64,000 nt of DNA from assembly GCA_036504975.1 (NCBI GenBank), contig DASXUF010000173.1:2745-66744 (forward strand). The letters run 5' to 3'. The notes under the pieces were generated by a model. That model had not been told where the DNA came from and did no database searches. It was given only the letters and a program-made list of their open reading frames with translations. Each line of letters opens with the position of its first letter. Within the stretch, counting starts at the first letter, position 1. Origin of the DNA: Candidatus Binatia bacterium. GTDB lineage: Bacteria; Desulfobacterota; Binatia; UBA9968. A program made the translations under genes and the position numbers. Below, one piece after another: positions 26,571-35,589 of the stretch.

Positions 26571-27128
26571 GTGAAGGTCGTTGTCGGGCTGGGCAATCCG
26601 GGAAAGAAGTACGAGCGAACGCGACACAACCTGGGTTTCATGGTTGTGGATCGCCTCGCCGCTGAAAACCGAGTCGCCTTCACGGAAAAAGAGAGGCACG
26701 ATGCTCTCATCGGCGAGTGGAACCGGGATGGCGAAAAGGTTCTGCTGGTCAAGCCGCTGACTTACATGAACCAAAGCGGCAAGACGCTCGAGAGCCTTCC
26801 AGTCGAAAAAGAAAATATTGTCCTGATCCACGACGATCTCGACCTTCCCTTCGGCCGCATGCGAATTCGTCAGCAAGGCAGCCCCGGCGGTCACCGCGGC
26901 ATGATTTCTGCGACGGGAGTGTTGGGTGAACAGGGTTTTTCACGCCTGCGGATCGGTATCGGCCGCCCGCCGCCAGGAGTCGATCCTACTGTTTTCGTCT
27001 TACAGAAATTTTCTCCAGATGAAGCGGCGAGGCTGGACGAAATTATCTCCAAGGCGGTCGAGGCGGTTCAATGTTTGCTCGATGAAGGCGCTCGGCGGGC
27101 GATGGAAAAATTCAACCGGGCGGAGTGA
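26571..27128 (+). CDS. pth: peptidyl-tRNA hydrolase
   Basis: MKVVVGLGNPGKKYERTRHNLGF and HDDLDLPFGRMRIR...GGHRG (Pth catalytic His/Asp motifs). Confidence 0.9.
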   Translation: MKVVVGLGNPGKKYERTRHNLGFMVVDRLAAENRVAFTEKERHDALIGEWNRDGEKVLLVKPLTYMNQSGKTLESLPVEKENIVLIHDDLDLPFGRMRIRQQGSPGGHRGMISATGVLGEQGFSRLRIGIGRPPPGVDPTVFVLQKFSPDEAARLDEIISKAVEAVQCLLDEGARRAMEKFNRAE

Positions 27129-27242
27129 TCGAGCATCACAATGAATGAGGTTGATCCCCTCTCAAGTCACGCGCGTCGTATTTGTATCACGCTCAATTGT
27201 AAAGCCCAGACGCTTGTGATAAGCCACAAGTAACAATTTTTT

Positions 27243-27638
27243 ATGGCGACAAAACCGACAGTGGCGCTTTACGAGACGATGTTCATACTCCATCCCGACA
27301 GGGGAGGGACGGTAAAGGAGTACATCGAAAGATTCAAGAAAATCGTCGAAGAGCAGGGCGGAACCGTCGCCCACCTGGAAGAATGGGGGCTCAAAGATCT
27401 GGCCTACCGCATCGGCAAGCAGATGAAGGGCTACTACACGTTGCTCCAATACAACTCCCCGGCGCGCGCGGTGGACGAGTTGGAACGCACGATGAAGCTC
27501 ACCGACGGCGTGCTGCGGTATCTTACCGTGCGTGTAGACGAAAGCGCCCAGACGGCCCCGCAAACCACGGCCAAGAAGATTTCCGGAGAAGCCGGCAAAA
27601 AGGAAGAGGACGCCGCGAAGGCCGAGCCGCAAGCGTAA
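27243..27638 (+). CDS. rpsF: 30S ribosomal protein S6
   Basis: [10 protein letters not shown]...[12 protein letters not shown] signature. Confidence 0.9.
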   Translation: MATKPTVALYETMFILHPDRGGTVKEYIERFKKIVEEQGGTVAHLEEWGLKDLAYRIGKQMKGYYTLLQYNSPARAVDELERTMKLTDGVLRYLTVRVDESAQTAPQTTAKKISGEAGKKEEDAAKAEPQA

Positions 27639-27693
27639 GCGCGGGACGAGTAAGAGCGTTTTCCGACTGAACACAGCGAGGGAAAATCAGACC

Positions 27694-27987
27694 ATGGCCC
27701 AGCCATCTTCATATTCCCGGCCGCCCCGTGAGCGATCCGACGAAGAGAAGGGCGGTGGCCGCCGCCGGCCCATGATGCGGCGCAAAGTTTGCCGCTTTTG
27801 CGCCGATAAAGAGGCCAGGATCGATTACAAGGACATCAGAATTTTGACCCAGTTCGTCACCGAGAGAGGAAAGATCACTCCCAGCCGGATCACCGGCACG
27901 TGCGCGCGTCATCAGCGACTTCTCACGGTCGCGATCAAGAGGGCGCGCAGCGTCGCCCTCCTGCCGTTCACCACAGTCAAAAACTGA
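27694..27987 (+). CDS. rpsR: 30S ribosomal protein S18
   Basis: [53 protein letters not shown]. Confidence 0.9.
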   Translation: MAQPSSYSRPPRERSDEEKGGGRRRPMMRRKVCRFCADKEARIDYKDIRILTQFVTERGKITPSRITGTCARHQRLLTVAIKRARSVALLPFTTVKN

Positions 27988-28011
27988 GCGGGTTCTACTC
28001 TGCGGCTCGTT

Positions 28012-28965
28012 ATGAGTTGGCAAGTCGCCAAGAGCTTTTTACTGGCTTTAGCCTCCACGGTTTTGCTCGCTCTTTGTGGAGCCGTGATTCCGCTGGCCGG
28101 CATGTTGTTGATTCCGCTGATTCCCCAGCCGGCGCTCGCTTTCGGACTGCGGCACGGAAGAGCTCAAGCGACCGGCCTGCTATTGCTGGCGCTGGCATTG
28201 GTTGCGTCACTCGGGGGGAGGGAACTGGGCCTCGCCTATTCTTTCCTGGCGCTGATGGTGCTTTTGCTTTTTCTCTGTCTCGGTCGCGATTGGTCGATCG
28301 AACGGGTTGTGGCCAGCACGGCGGCAGGAATGCTCGCCGCTCTGGCCGCCGCTCTCTTGCTGGTGTTCGGTTCCGTATCCGGCATTCAGCAGGGCATCCG
28401 CGCGGCGCTCCAGGAAAATTTGCACGCCTCGATCGAGGTTTACGGCACGGTTGGTTTTTCTCCTCAGGGGTTGGAGTTCTTAAAAGAGAACGCGCCGCAG
28501 ATGATCGACATGACTCTCAGAATCCTGCCGGCGCTGGCATTCGCCGGGTTTGTGACGCTGGTCCTGATCAATCTTTTTTTGCTCCTGCGCCGTTTCCCCG
28601 ATCGCTATGCTTTTTTCTTCGGCGCGAGCCAGGATTTGAGGGAATGGCGCTCGCCGGAATTTCTCGTCTGGTGCTTCCTTGCGTCAGGCTTCGCCCTGTT
28701 TGTTCCGGGCGCGGAAATCGTGAAGACACTCGCCTTGAATCTTTTCCTCGGGATCGCGCTCTTTTATTTCTTTCAGGGGCTTTCGATCATCGCGTATTAT
28801 TTCCATCACAAGCGCGTGCCGTATTTTTTCCGCAGCCTGGCGTACATCTTGATCGTGTTCGAGCAGGTATGCACGGTTTTTGTGGTCGCGCTCGGCCTGT
28901 TCGATCTGTGGGGCGATTTTCGCCGCTTGAAGAAAAAGGATTTCAATCCGGGCCGGGTATCTTGA
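28012..28965 (+). CDS. DUF2232 (YybS-like) polytopic membrane protein
   Basis: 317 aa with multiple hydrophobic helices. Position between rpsR and rplI mirrors the Firmicutes yybS-gdpP-rplI arrangement, but no GdpP gene follows. Confidence 0.65.
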   Translation: MSWQVAKSFLLALASTVLLALCGAVIPLAGMLLIPLIPQPALAFGLRHGRAQATGLLLLALALVASLGGRELGLAYSFLALMVLLLFLCLGRDWSIERVVASTAAGMLAALAAALLLVFGSVSGIQQGIRAALQENLHASIEVYGTVGFSPQGLEFLKENAPQMIDMTLRILPALAFAGFVTLVLINLFLLLRRFPDRYAFFFGASQDLREWRSPEFLVWCFLASGFALFVPGAEIVKTLALNLFLGIALFYFFQGLSIIAYYFHHKRVPYFFRSLAYILIVFEQVCTVFVVALGLFDLWGDFRRLKKKDFNPGRVS

Positions 28966-29052
28966 AAAAAGCGGCTTTCAGCGGTTAGCCGTCTCCGCCC
29001 AAGGCGGATCAGCCTCCGGCTGAAGCGATGAGTTGAAAAGAAGGAGCAAGCC

Positions 29053-29508
29053 ATGGAAGTGATTTTGAAAGAAGACATCCCCAACGTGGGAAAGATGGGC
29101 GAGGTGGTGCGGGTGCGCGACGGCTACGCGCGCAACTATCTTCTGCCGCGCGGGCTGGTTCTCGTTGCCAATAAGAAAAACCTCAAGGGCTTCGAGCATC
29201 AGAAACAAGTGGTTCAGTCGCAGAAAGCGCGGGTCGTCAATCAAGCCCAGGCGCTGGCGGAAAAGCTGTCTCAAGTCTCTCTCGTCATCCAGGTCAAGGC
29301 GGGCGAAGAGGGCAAGCTCTTCGGCTCGGTGACCAACATCGACATCGAGAAGGCGCTTAAAGCCAAGGGCATCGAGATCGAGCGGCGCAAGATCCATCTG
29401 AGCGAGCCGATCAAAATGGTCGGCGACTATCAGGTGCCGGTCCGCTTCACGTCCGAAGTGCAGGCCAACGTGCAAGTTTCGGTGGTTGCCGAGCAGGAGA
29501 AAAAGTAA
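29053..29508 (+). CDS. rplI: 50S ribosomal protein L9
   Basis: MEVILKEDIPNVGKMGEVVRVRDGYARNYLLPRGLV. Confidence 0.9.
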   Translation: MEVILKEDIPNVGKMGEVVRVRDGYARNYLLPRGLVLVANKKNLKGFEHQKQVVQSQKARVVNQAQALAEKLSQVSLVIQVKAGEEGKLFGSVTNIDIEKALKAKGIEIERRKIHLSEPIKMVGDYQVPVRFTSEVQANVQVSVVAEQEKK

Positions 29509-29562
29509 GGGCCTTGTTTTTTTGGAGAGGTGTCCGCAGCGCCGGTTTCGAATGAGACCGAT

Positions 29563-30642
29563 ATGGCTTCGCGAACTCTGGCCCGCCTAACGGTAAGATC
29601 ACTCATCCTCTTCACCTCGCTTGCCTTTCTGTGCGTTCCCAGACCGCTGGACGCGCGCAACGAATATTATATCGGAGAGAAGCTTGTCTCCTATCAGGTT
29701 TACCGGGCCGCAATTCTCGTCAACGAAACCCTTCCGCTTATCAACTCAAACCGCCTGGAAGAAGCGAAAGAGAAACTGCTGAACGCCCTCAAGCTAGCCC
29801 CGGATTTTCCCGAGGCTCACTATAATTTAGCGTTGGTTCTGTCGCGACTCGGTAAGACCGAGGAGGCTTTACAGCGATTGAGGGCGCTCGTAGCCATGAA
29901 GACAGAGCTTCCGGTGGCCTGGTTGCTGCTCGGCAACCTCTATCTTACCACTGGACAGCTCGAGGAAAGTGTCAAGTATTCCCAGGAATTCGTTCGGCGA
30001 TTTCCCAATGATCCGGAAATTCCGTTGGTGGTCGATGAGATCAAAATTTTGGAACGGGAGTTGGAACAGTCGAGGCTATATGTTAACAGCGCAGACCGGG
30101 CAAAAACCGGCGAAGATTACTTTTTTAAAGCCACCCGGAATGGAACGAAAAAATGGCCGGCCGAGTCGATGCCGTTACGAGTGTATATTCATCCGTCCCA
30201 AGGCATAACGGGATTCCACCCCCGGTACGACGATATACTCAGGGCCTCTTTCGACAATTGGGCCGCAGCCTCTCGTGGGGCGGTGGCGTTCAGGTTTGTC
30301 GAGGACCTTGCGCAGGCCGATATTGCATGTCTCTGGAGCGGCGATCCGTCGCAACTTAGCAATCGCGTCGAGGCGGGCGAAGCGATGGTATTCTTTCAGG
30401 AAGACGGCCTTATCAAGAAAGCCGCCATGGTTATCTTGACGGTTCCGGTCAGCGCCATGCGCCCGATCGACGACGATTTGATAAGAGCCACCGCGCTTCA
30501 CGAGATCGGGCACGTTCTCGGTATTCTCGAGCATAGCGACAATCCCGTAGATATCATGTTCCTCTCCATGAGCCATAGGAATAAGAGCGGTCTGTCGGAG
30601 CGCGACAGAAAAACTTTAATTCGCCTCTACTCGGTCAAGTAG
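29563..30642 (+). CDS. secreted TPR-repeat / metzincin-type zinc metalloprotease fusion protein
   Basis: Signal peptide MASRTLARLTVRSLILFTSLAFLCVP. TPR repeats (AHYNLALVLSRLGKTEEAL). C-terminal HEIGHVLGILEH (HExxHxxGxxH zinc site, matrixin/M10-like). The alternative GTG at 29530 would add 11 aa. Confidence 0.65.
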   Translation: MASRTLARLTVRSLILFTSLAFLCVPRPLDARNEYYIGEKLVSYQVYRAAILVNETLPLINSNRLEEAKEKLLNALKLAPDFPEAHYNLALVLSRLGKTEEALQRLRALVAMKTELPVAWLLLGNLYLTTGQLEESVKYSQEFVRRFPNDPEIPLVVDEIKILERELEQSRLYVNSADRAKTGEDYFFKATRNGTKKWPAESMPLRVYIHPSQGITGFHPRYDDILRASFDNWAAASRGAVAFRFVEDLAQADIACLWSGDPSQLSNRVEAGEAMVFFQEDGLIKKAAMVILTVPVSAMRPIDDDLIRATALHEIGHVLGILEHSDNPVDIMFLSMSHRNKSGLSERDRKTLIRLYSVK

Positions 30643-30656
30643 CTGCATGAGGATCG

Positions 30657-31367
30657 TCAAATATTCATCGCCGCGCGAAAGCCGTAATCCGCGTACTTGA
30701 AAGCCGGGTTGAGCGAGCTGCGCGCAGCGCAGCGGCTGAATTTGATCTTGTGCCGCCACGATCCTCCGCGCGAGACTTTTCTCGGTCCGGAGGACGGGCC
30801 GGACGGATTCTTTTCCGGCGATATCTGATAATAGCTTGGATCGTAAAAGTCGCTGCACCATTCGTGAACGCTCGCGCTGATGTCGTAAAGACCGAACCCG
30901 TTCGGCTGGTTGGCGCCGACGCGCTCCGGGCCGCCGTGCTCGAGGTCATAACCAGCATATCCTCTCTCCTCCGGCGTCACGTCGCCCCACGGATATTTCC
31001 GGCTTTCCCTGCCACCGCGGGCGGCGCGCTCCCATTCCGCTTCCGTGGGAAGACGAAATGTTTTTTCGGTTCGCTCGCTCAACCAACTACAGTAGGCAGT
31101 GGCATGGTGCCAACTGACACCGACCACCGGCTTTTCCGGATGAGAGAACATCGGTTCCAAGCAAAAAGGCGGCGGCACGGATTTCGTCTGTTCGACGAAA
31201 ATTCGGTATTCGCGGTTGGTCACGGGGAACTTGCCGATTGAAAAACCGTCCACCCACACCCGGTGCACCGGTTTTTCGTTATCCATCCCGTCTTCGCTCC
31301 CCATGAGAAAATCGCCTTCGGGGATAGGGATCATCACCGGAATAAATTCTTTTTCCAGACGTGCCAT
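30657..31367 (-). CDS. formylglycine-generating enzyme (SUMF1/FGE) family protein
   Basis: Start refined to MARLEKEF (cat 31365-31367). Motifs GDFLMGS, RLPTEAEWERAARGG, RGGSWR. Confidence 0.8.
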   Translation of the reverse strand: MARLEKEFIPVMIPIPEGDFLMGSEDGMDNEKPVHRVWVDGFSIGKFPVTNREYRIFVEQTKSVPPPFCLEPMFSHPEKPVVGVSWHHATAYCSWLSERTEKTFRLPTEAEWERAARGGRESRKYPWGDVTPEERGYAGYDLEHGGPERVGANQPNGFGLYDISASVHEWCSDFYDPSYYQISPEKNPSGPSSGPRKVSRGGSWRHKIKFSRCAARSSLNPAFKYADYGFRAAMNI

Positions 31368-31398
31368 GATAGAAACGCTGTAATCGGGCACAAATTGT

Positions 31399-32258
31399 AT
31401 GTCAAACGGCGAAGAAAGGATTCTGACGACTGCGGATGCGGGCCGCGGCAGGCTTCTGATCCTCGTCACGGCGGTTTTGTGGAGTCTCGCCGGGGTTTTC
31501 ATCAAGTTTCTCGAGCTTCATCCGCTGACGATCGTTTTTTACCGCAGTCTTTTCGCCGGGATTTTTTTTCTGCCGCTGATCAAGGGAAAAAGCTGGAAGA
31601 TCAACCTGCCGGTTTTGGTATCCGCTCTGAGTTATACGGCCGCGATCAGCTCTTTCGTCTCGGCGAACAAGCTCACCACGGCGGCGAACGCGATCGTCTT
31701 GCAGTACTCGGCGCCGATCTTCGTGTTTATTTTCGCCCGCATCTTGTTTCGCGAGCCCATATCAAAACTCAATCTGCTGACGTTGATCGCGGGCACGGTG
31801 GGAGTGGGGGTGATATTTGCCGGCAGCGCCGGTCTTCCCGACATCGGCGGTGTCGGCGTCGCGCTTTTGAGCGGGCTTTTTTTTTCGATTTACATGACGA
31901 ATCTCAGGTTTTTGAAAGAGACCGATCCGGCGTGCTTGACGCTCGTGAACAATCTCGCCTGCTGCATCGCGCTTTTACCCTGGATCCATTCGCGGCTTAC
32001 CCTGACCGCGGTAGAGACGGTGACGCTATTCGTGATGGGCGTGATTCAACTAGGGATTCCGTACTTTCTCTTTTCCAAGGGGCTGGAAAAAATCCCGCTG
32101 CAAGAGGCGTCTCTGATCGTTCTCGTCGAGCCGGTCTGAATCCGATCTGGGTGGCGCTGGCTTTCGGCGAGATCCCTTCGAGCGCCACTCTGATCGGCGG
32201 CGGGATTATTTTGTTGAGCCTGGGAATCCGCTACGCCTGGCCGCCAAAAAAATGTTGA
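31399..32258 (+). pseudogene. EamA/DMT-family transporter interrupted by a 1-nt frameshift near 32134-32139
   Basis: Frame 1 ends ...SLIVLVEPV* at 32139. The downstream frame continues LNPIWVALAFGEIPSSATLIGGGIILLSLGIRYAWPP, the normal EamA C-terminus. Restoring one base in ccggtc-tgaat gives the contiguous VEPVLNPIW. Confidence 0.6.
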
Positions 32259-32317
32259 ATTTTGAGTTTTGAATGATGAATTGAATTCAAAATTAAGAAT
32301 TCAACATTCAACATTAT

Positions 32318-32731
32318 TTACCGGATGCTGCCGCCGTGTCGGATCCGCTCCGTTTCCTCGGGCGAGAGCTGCTTGATGTCCTTGCGCAGCTCGTAGTTGA
32401 TGTGCTGAATCGCTTCGCTTGCGCCGGAGCGATTGCCCATCATCACCATCGGTCTGCTGCCGCTGTTCTCCAACTGGTAGAATGAGCCGCCGGTGATCAA
32501 CGCCGCCATCCCCGGCGTCATCACGGCCTTGCCGCCGTCGGGGAAATGCATCGTGCACTCGCCCTCGATCACGTAAAAAGTCTGATCGGCATTGTGGCAA
32601 TGCATGTCGTCCTTGTCTCCGGGATTGGGATAATAATGGACCCAGGCGTGGAACCTCGGCGTGTTGAGCACGACCTTTCTCTTTTTTAAATGATGCGCCA
32701 TTTTTACGGTGTCGATGATTTCGATCGGCAT
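32318..32731 (-). CDS. cupin 2 barrel protein
   Basis: Start refined to MPIEIIDTVK (cat 32729-32731). Cupin motifs HYYPNPGDKDDMHCH and PGMAALITGGSFY. The 62 upstream codons of the track ORF are spurious. Confidence 0.6.
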   Translation of the reverse strand: MPIEIIDTVKMAHHLKKRKVVLNTPRFHAWVHYYPNPGDKDDMHCHNADQTFYVIEGECTMHFPDGGKAVMTPGMAALITGGSFYQLENSGSRPMVMMGNRSGASEAIQHINYELRKDIKQLSPEETERIRHGGSIR

Positions 32732-33039
32732 AGTCGCTCCTCCAAGCTTGATGCGAGAGCCTAGCAATCTACAGGCAGCCGTGTCAACTATAAGGCGCGT
32801 TTGGAAACCGTCCACCTGGGAGTCTCTCTCCGGGCCGATGCGATACGTTTGTTTTACGCCCGACAAAAATGATGAGGGTATCTCCCCGGTACGCTTGGTT
32901 CTCCTCGTCCCACACATCGGCCCTTCAAGAAACCCCCAGGCGGACGGTTACAATAGTTGGGCGATGACCGTTTCACTTTTTGCGGAATTTTATGATAGGT
33001 TCGTTCGGTCATCATCACGTTACAAGGAGGCTCGCACAG

Positions 33040-33843
33040 ATGGATTGGGGAATGAAAAACAGACTGGCAAGGATCATCAAGCCGGAGGACGGCCGGGCGG
33101 TGATGCTCGCCGTGGATCACGGCTATTTCTTGGGCCCGACGAGCGGACTCGAAGAGCCGCGCAAGACGATCGAGCCGCTTTTACCTCACGCGGATTCGAT
33201 CATGCTCACGCGCGGCGTGCTCCGGACCTCCGTCGATCCGAACGCGAACGTCCCGGTGGTGCTGAGAGTTTCGGGCGGGACGAGCATCTTGAAAGAGCTT
33301 TCCAACGAGGACATTACGGTTTCGATCGAGGACGCCGTTCGGTTGAACGTCTCGGCGATGGCTTTGTCGATTTTCGTCGGATCGGAATTCGAGAAGCAGA
33401 CGCTGGTGAGCCTCGCGAAGCTCGTCGACGAAGGTGAGAGGCACGGGATTCCGGTCTTGGCTGTCACCGCGGTGGGCAAAGATATGGCGCGCGACGTTCG
33501 TTATCTCGGTCTCGCCTGCCGCATCGCAGCCGAGCTCGGCGCCCACGTCGTCAAGACGTATTATTGCGCAGAGTTCGAAAAGCTGGTCGAAAGCTGCCCG
33601 GTCCCGGTGATCGTCGCCGGAGGCAAGAAGACTCCCGAGAGGGAAGCGTTGGAGCTGGCCCACAACTCCGTTCGGGCCGGCGCCGTGGGCGTGGATATGG
33701 GGCGAAATATTTTTCAGTCCGACAGCCCGGTCGGAATGATCCGCGCCGTGCGCGCCATCGTCCACGACAAAGCTTCCGTCGCCGACGCCTATAAGATCTA
33801 CGAAAGCACGAAGGGTGTAAAAGCCAGAAGAGCGGCAGGATGA
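33040..33843 (+). CDS. class I fructose-bisphosphate aldolase family protein (DhnA/LsrF-type)
   Basis: Start at MDWGMKNRLARII after AAGGAGG (33024-33030). AVDHGYFLGP and VKTYY (Schiff-base Lys region) are typical of the DhnA-type aldolase fold. Confidence 0.75.
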   Translation: MDWGMKNRLARIIKPEDGRAVMLAVDHGYFLGPTSGLEEPRKTIEPLLPHADSIMLTRGVLRTSVDPNANVPVVLRVSGGTSILKELSNEDITVSIEDAVRLNVSAMALSIFVGSEFEKQTLVSLAKLVDEGERHGIPVLAVTAVGKDMARDVRYLGLACRIAAELGAHVVKTYYCAEFEKLVESCPVPVIVAGGKKTPEREALELAHNSVRAGAVGVDMGRNIFQSDSPVGMIRAVRAIVHDKASVADAYKIYESTKGVKARRAAG

Positions 33844-33941
33844 CCGCCCGTGTTCGTGCGCCGTGCTCGTGTTCGTAAATGCGAGCCCGGATTCCTGATC
33901 ATCAGGGCACGAGCACGAAACACGACCACGAACACGATCTC

Positions 33942-34970
33942 ATGCGCGTCGCGATGTACTACAACAACCGGGACGTTCGCCTCGAAGAGATGGCGGTTCC
34001 CTCAATCGGTCCCGGCGAGCTCTTGGTGCGGGTCAGGGCAAGCGGCATCTGTGGCACGGACGTCATGGAATGGTACCGCATACAAAAAGCGCCGCTGGTG
34101 CTGGGCCATGAGATCGCCGGCGAGGTTGCGGCTGTCGGCGAAGGAGTGAAGGACTACCACACCGGCGACCGCGTTTTCGTCTCGCATCACGTTCCCTGCA
34201 TGAGCTGCCGCTACTGCCGCGCCGGCCATCATTCGGTGTGCGACACCCTGCGCCGGACCCATTTCGACCCCGGCGGCTTTGCCGAGTACATCCGCGTGCC
34301 CAAGATCAACGTCGAGCTGGGAACCTCCCGCTTGCCCGACGAGGTCTCTTTCGAAGACGGCTCGTTCATTGAACCCCTGGGCTGCGTCGTGCGGGCGCAG
34401 AGATTTGCCCGGGTGGGCGCCGGTCTAAGCGTTCTCGTCGTCGGCAGCGGCATCTCCGGCCTGCTGCACGTGCAGTTGGCGCGCGCGCTCGGCGCGGCAT
34501 TGATCGTCGCTACCGACGTCAACGATTTTCGCCTCAAGGCGGCGCGCGAGTTGGGTGCCGACGTTGTCCTTCATGCCGCCGAGGACGTGCCGCAAAAAAT
34601 GCGCACAGCGAACGATGGACGATTGGCTGACGTGGTCATCGTCTGCACGGGAGCGACACCGGCGGTGGAGCAGGCGTTCAAGTCGGTCGAAAGAGGCGGG
34701 ACGATTCTTTTCTTCGCGCCGACCGCGGCGGGCGTCAACGTGCCGGTCCCGCTTTACGAGTTGTGGCGCGATGAAATCACGGTCACGACGTCGTACGCGG
34801 CGAGTCCTCAGGATATTGCGGCGGCCATCGAGTTGATCCGCACCCGGCGCGTGCGCGTCAGCGAGATGATCACGCACCGGTTAAGTTTGGCGGAAGCGGG
34901 ACTTGGCTTCGAACTGGTGTCGAGCGCGCGCGATTCTATCAAGGTGATCATCGATCCCCAGCGTCTTTAA
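33942..34970 (+). CDS. zinc-dependent alcohol dehydrogenase family (threonine/sorbitol dehydrogenase-like)
   Basis: Motifs GICGTDVMEW, GHEIAGEV, structural-zinc CMSCRYCRAGHHSVC, Rossmann GSGISGLL. Confidence 0.8.
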   Translation: MRVAMYYNNRDVRLEEMAVPSIGPGELLVRVRASGICGTDVMEWYRIQKAPLVLGHEIAGEVAAVGEGVKDYHTGDRVFVSHHVPCMSCRYCRAGHHSVCDTLRRTHFDPGGFAEYIRVPKINVELGTSRLPDEVSFEDGSFIEPLGCVVRAQRFARVGAGLSVLVVGSGISGLLHVQLARALGAALIVATDVNDFRLKAARELGADVVLHAAEDVPQKMRTANDGRLADVVIVCTGATPAVEQAFKSVERGGTILFFAPTAAGVNVPVPLYELWRDEITVTTSYAASPQDIAAAIELIRTRRVRVSEMITHRLSLAEAGLGFELVSSARDSIKVIIDPQRL

Positions 34971-35274
34971 AGACATAAATTTCCTCGAAAAAGCCTCGAT
35001 CCCGGCGGTTTTTTCCGCCTAAATGGGCACATTTTTTCCCTCGGTATCGGCCTTTTGGCCTCATCCGCCACTCGTGTCTAAGGTTCTGCCCTTCCTGTCC
35101 TATCGGGGGCTCGGATAGCAAGTTTTGTCAACGCTTTTGTCGTGGATTGTCCTCGGATTCCACGCCCATCTTGTCCTGACCTGAGTAGACGCCTTTAAAA
35201 ATAGCCGGTTAGAAGGCTGACCCGTCCTGGCATATGGCTTGCTCCGATGTCCAGCTTCGTGGAGGTGCGAAAAC

Positions 35275-35478
35275 ATGAACGGTGAGCAGACCGAACTCAA
35301 ATTCCTGACCCTGGCCGAGGCTGCAACGATCCTGCAGGTGTCTAAACGGACTATTCTCAGGATGATCCAAAAGAAAGATGTCCCGGCGTTGAAAGTCGGC
35401 GGTCAGTGGCGGCTGCGAGAGAGCCAGTTGAAGAAATGGGCGGAGGAAAAAGAGGGCTTACTGGCGGCTTTCGAATAG
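35275..35478 (+). CDS. helix-turn-helix DNA-binding protein, excisionase/MerR-type (TIGR01764-like)
   Basis: MNGEQTELKFLTLAEAATILQVSKRTILRMIQKKDVPALKVGGQWRLRESQLKKWAEE. ATG 35275 preceded by GGAGGTG. No integrase nearby. Confidence 0.65.
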   Translation: MNGEQTELKFLTLAEAATILQVSKRTILRMIQKKDVPALKVGGQWRLRESQLKKWAEEKEGLLAAFE

Positions 35479-35589
35479 CGCTCCGGGAAAATAGGTTCAC
35501 TCAGCAAGCAATCGTCGTTTCAAAAGCAAGTCCAATGGCGCTTCATCGAGCCGATCAGCGGCGCAACGGACAGCCGAGGAGTAATTGAC

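Noticed and set aside
29520-29535. Rho-independent terminator after rplI (GGGCCTTGTTTTTTTGG)
   Set aside because: A T-tract is present but the preceding stem is only 3-4 bp, too weak to call confidently.
31263-32258. 331-aa ORF antisense/overlapping FGE and EamA genes
   Set aside because: Only its last ~40 codons are real; they are the frameshifted C-terminus of the EamA transporter. The rest is a high-GC shadow frame.
35239-35478. Excisionase-like HTH gene as marker of an integrated prophage or island carrying the kinase array
   Set aside because: No integrase, att repeats or phage genes accompany it, and the flanking housekeeping and kinase genes share the local GC content. It is kept as a stand-alone HTH regulator, possibly of the kinase array.
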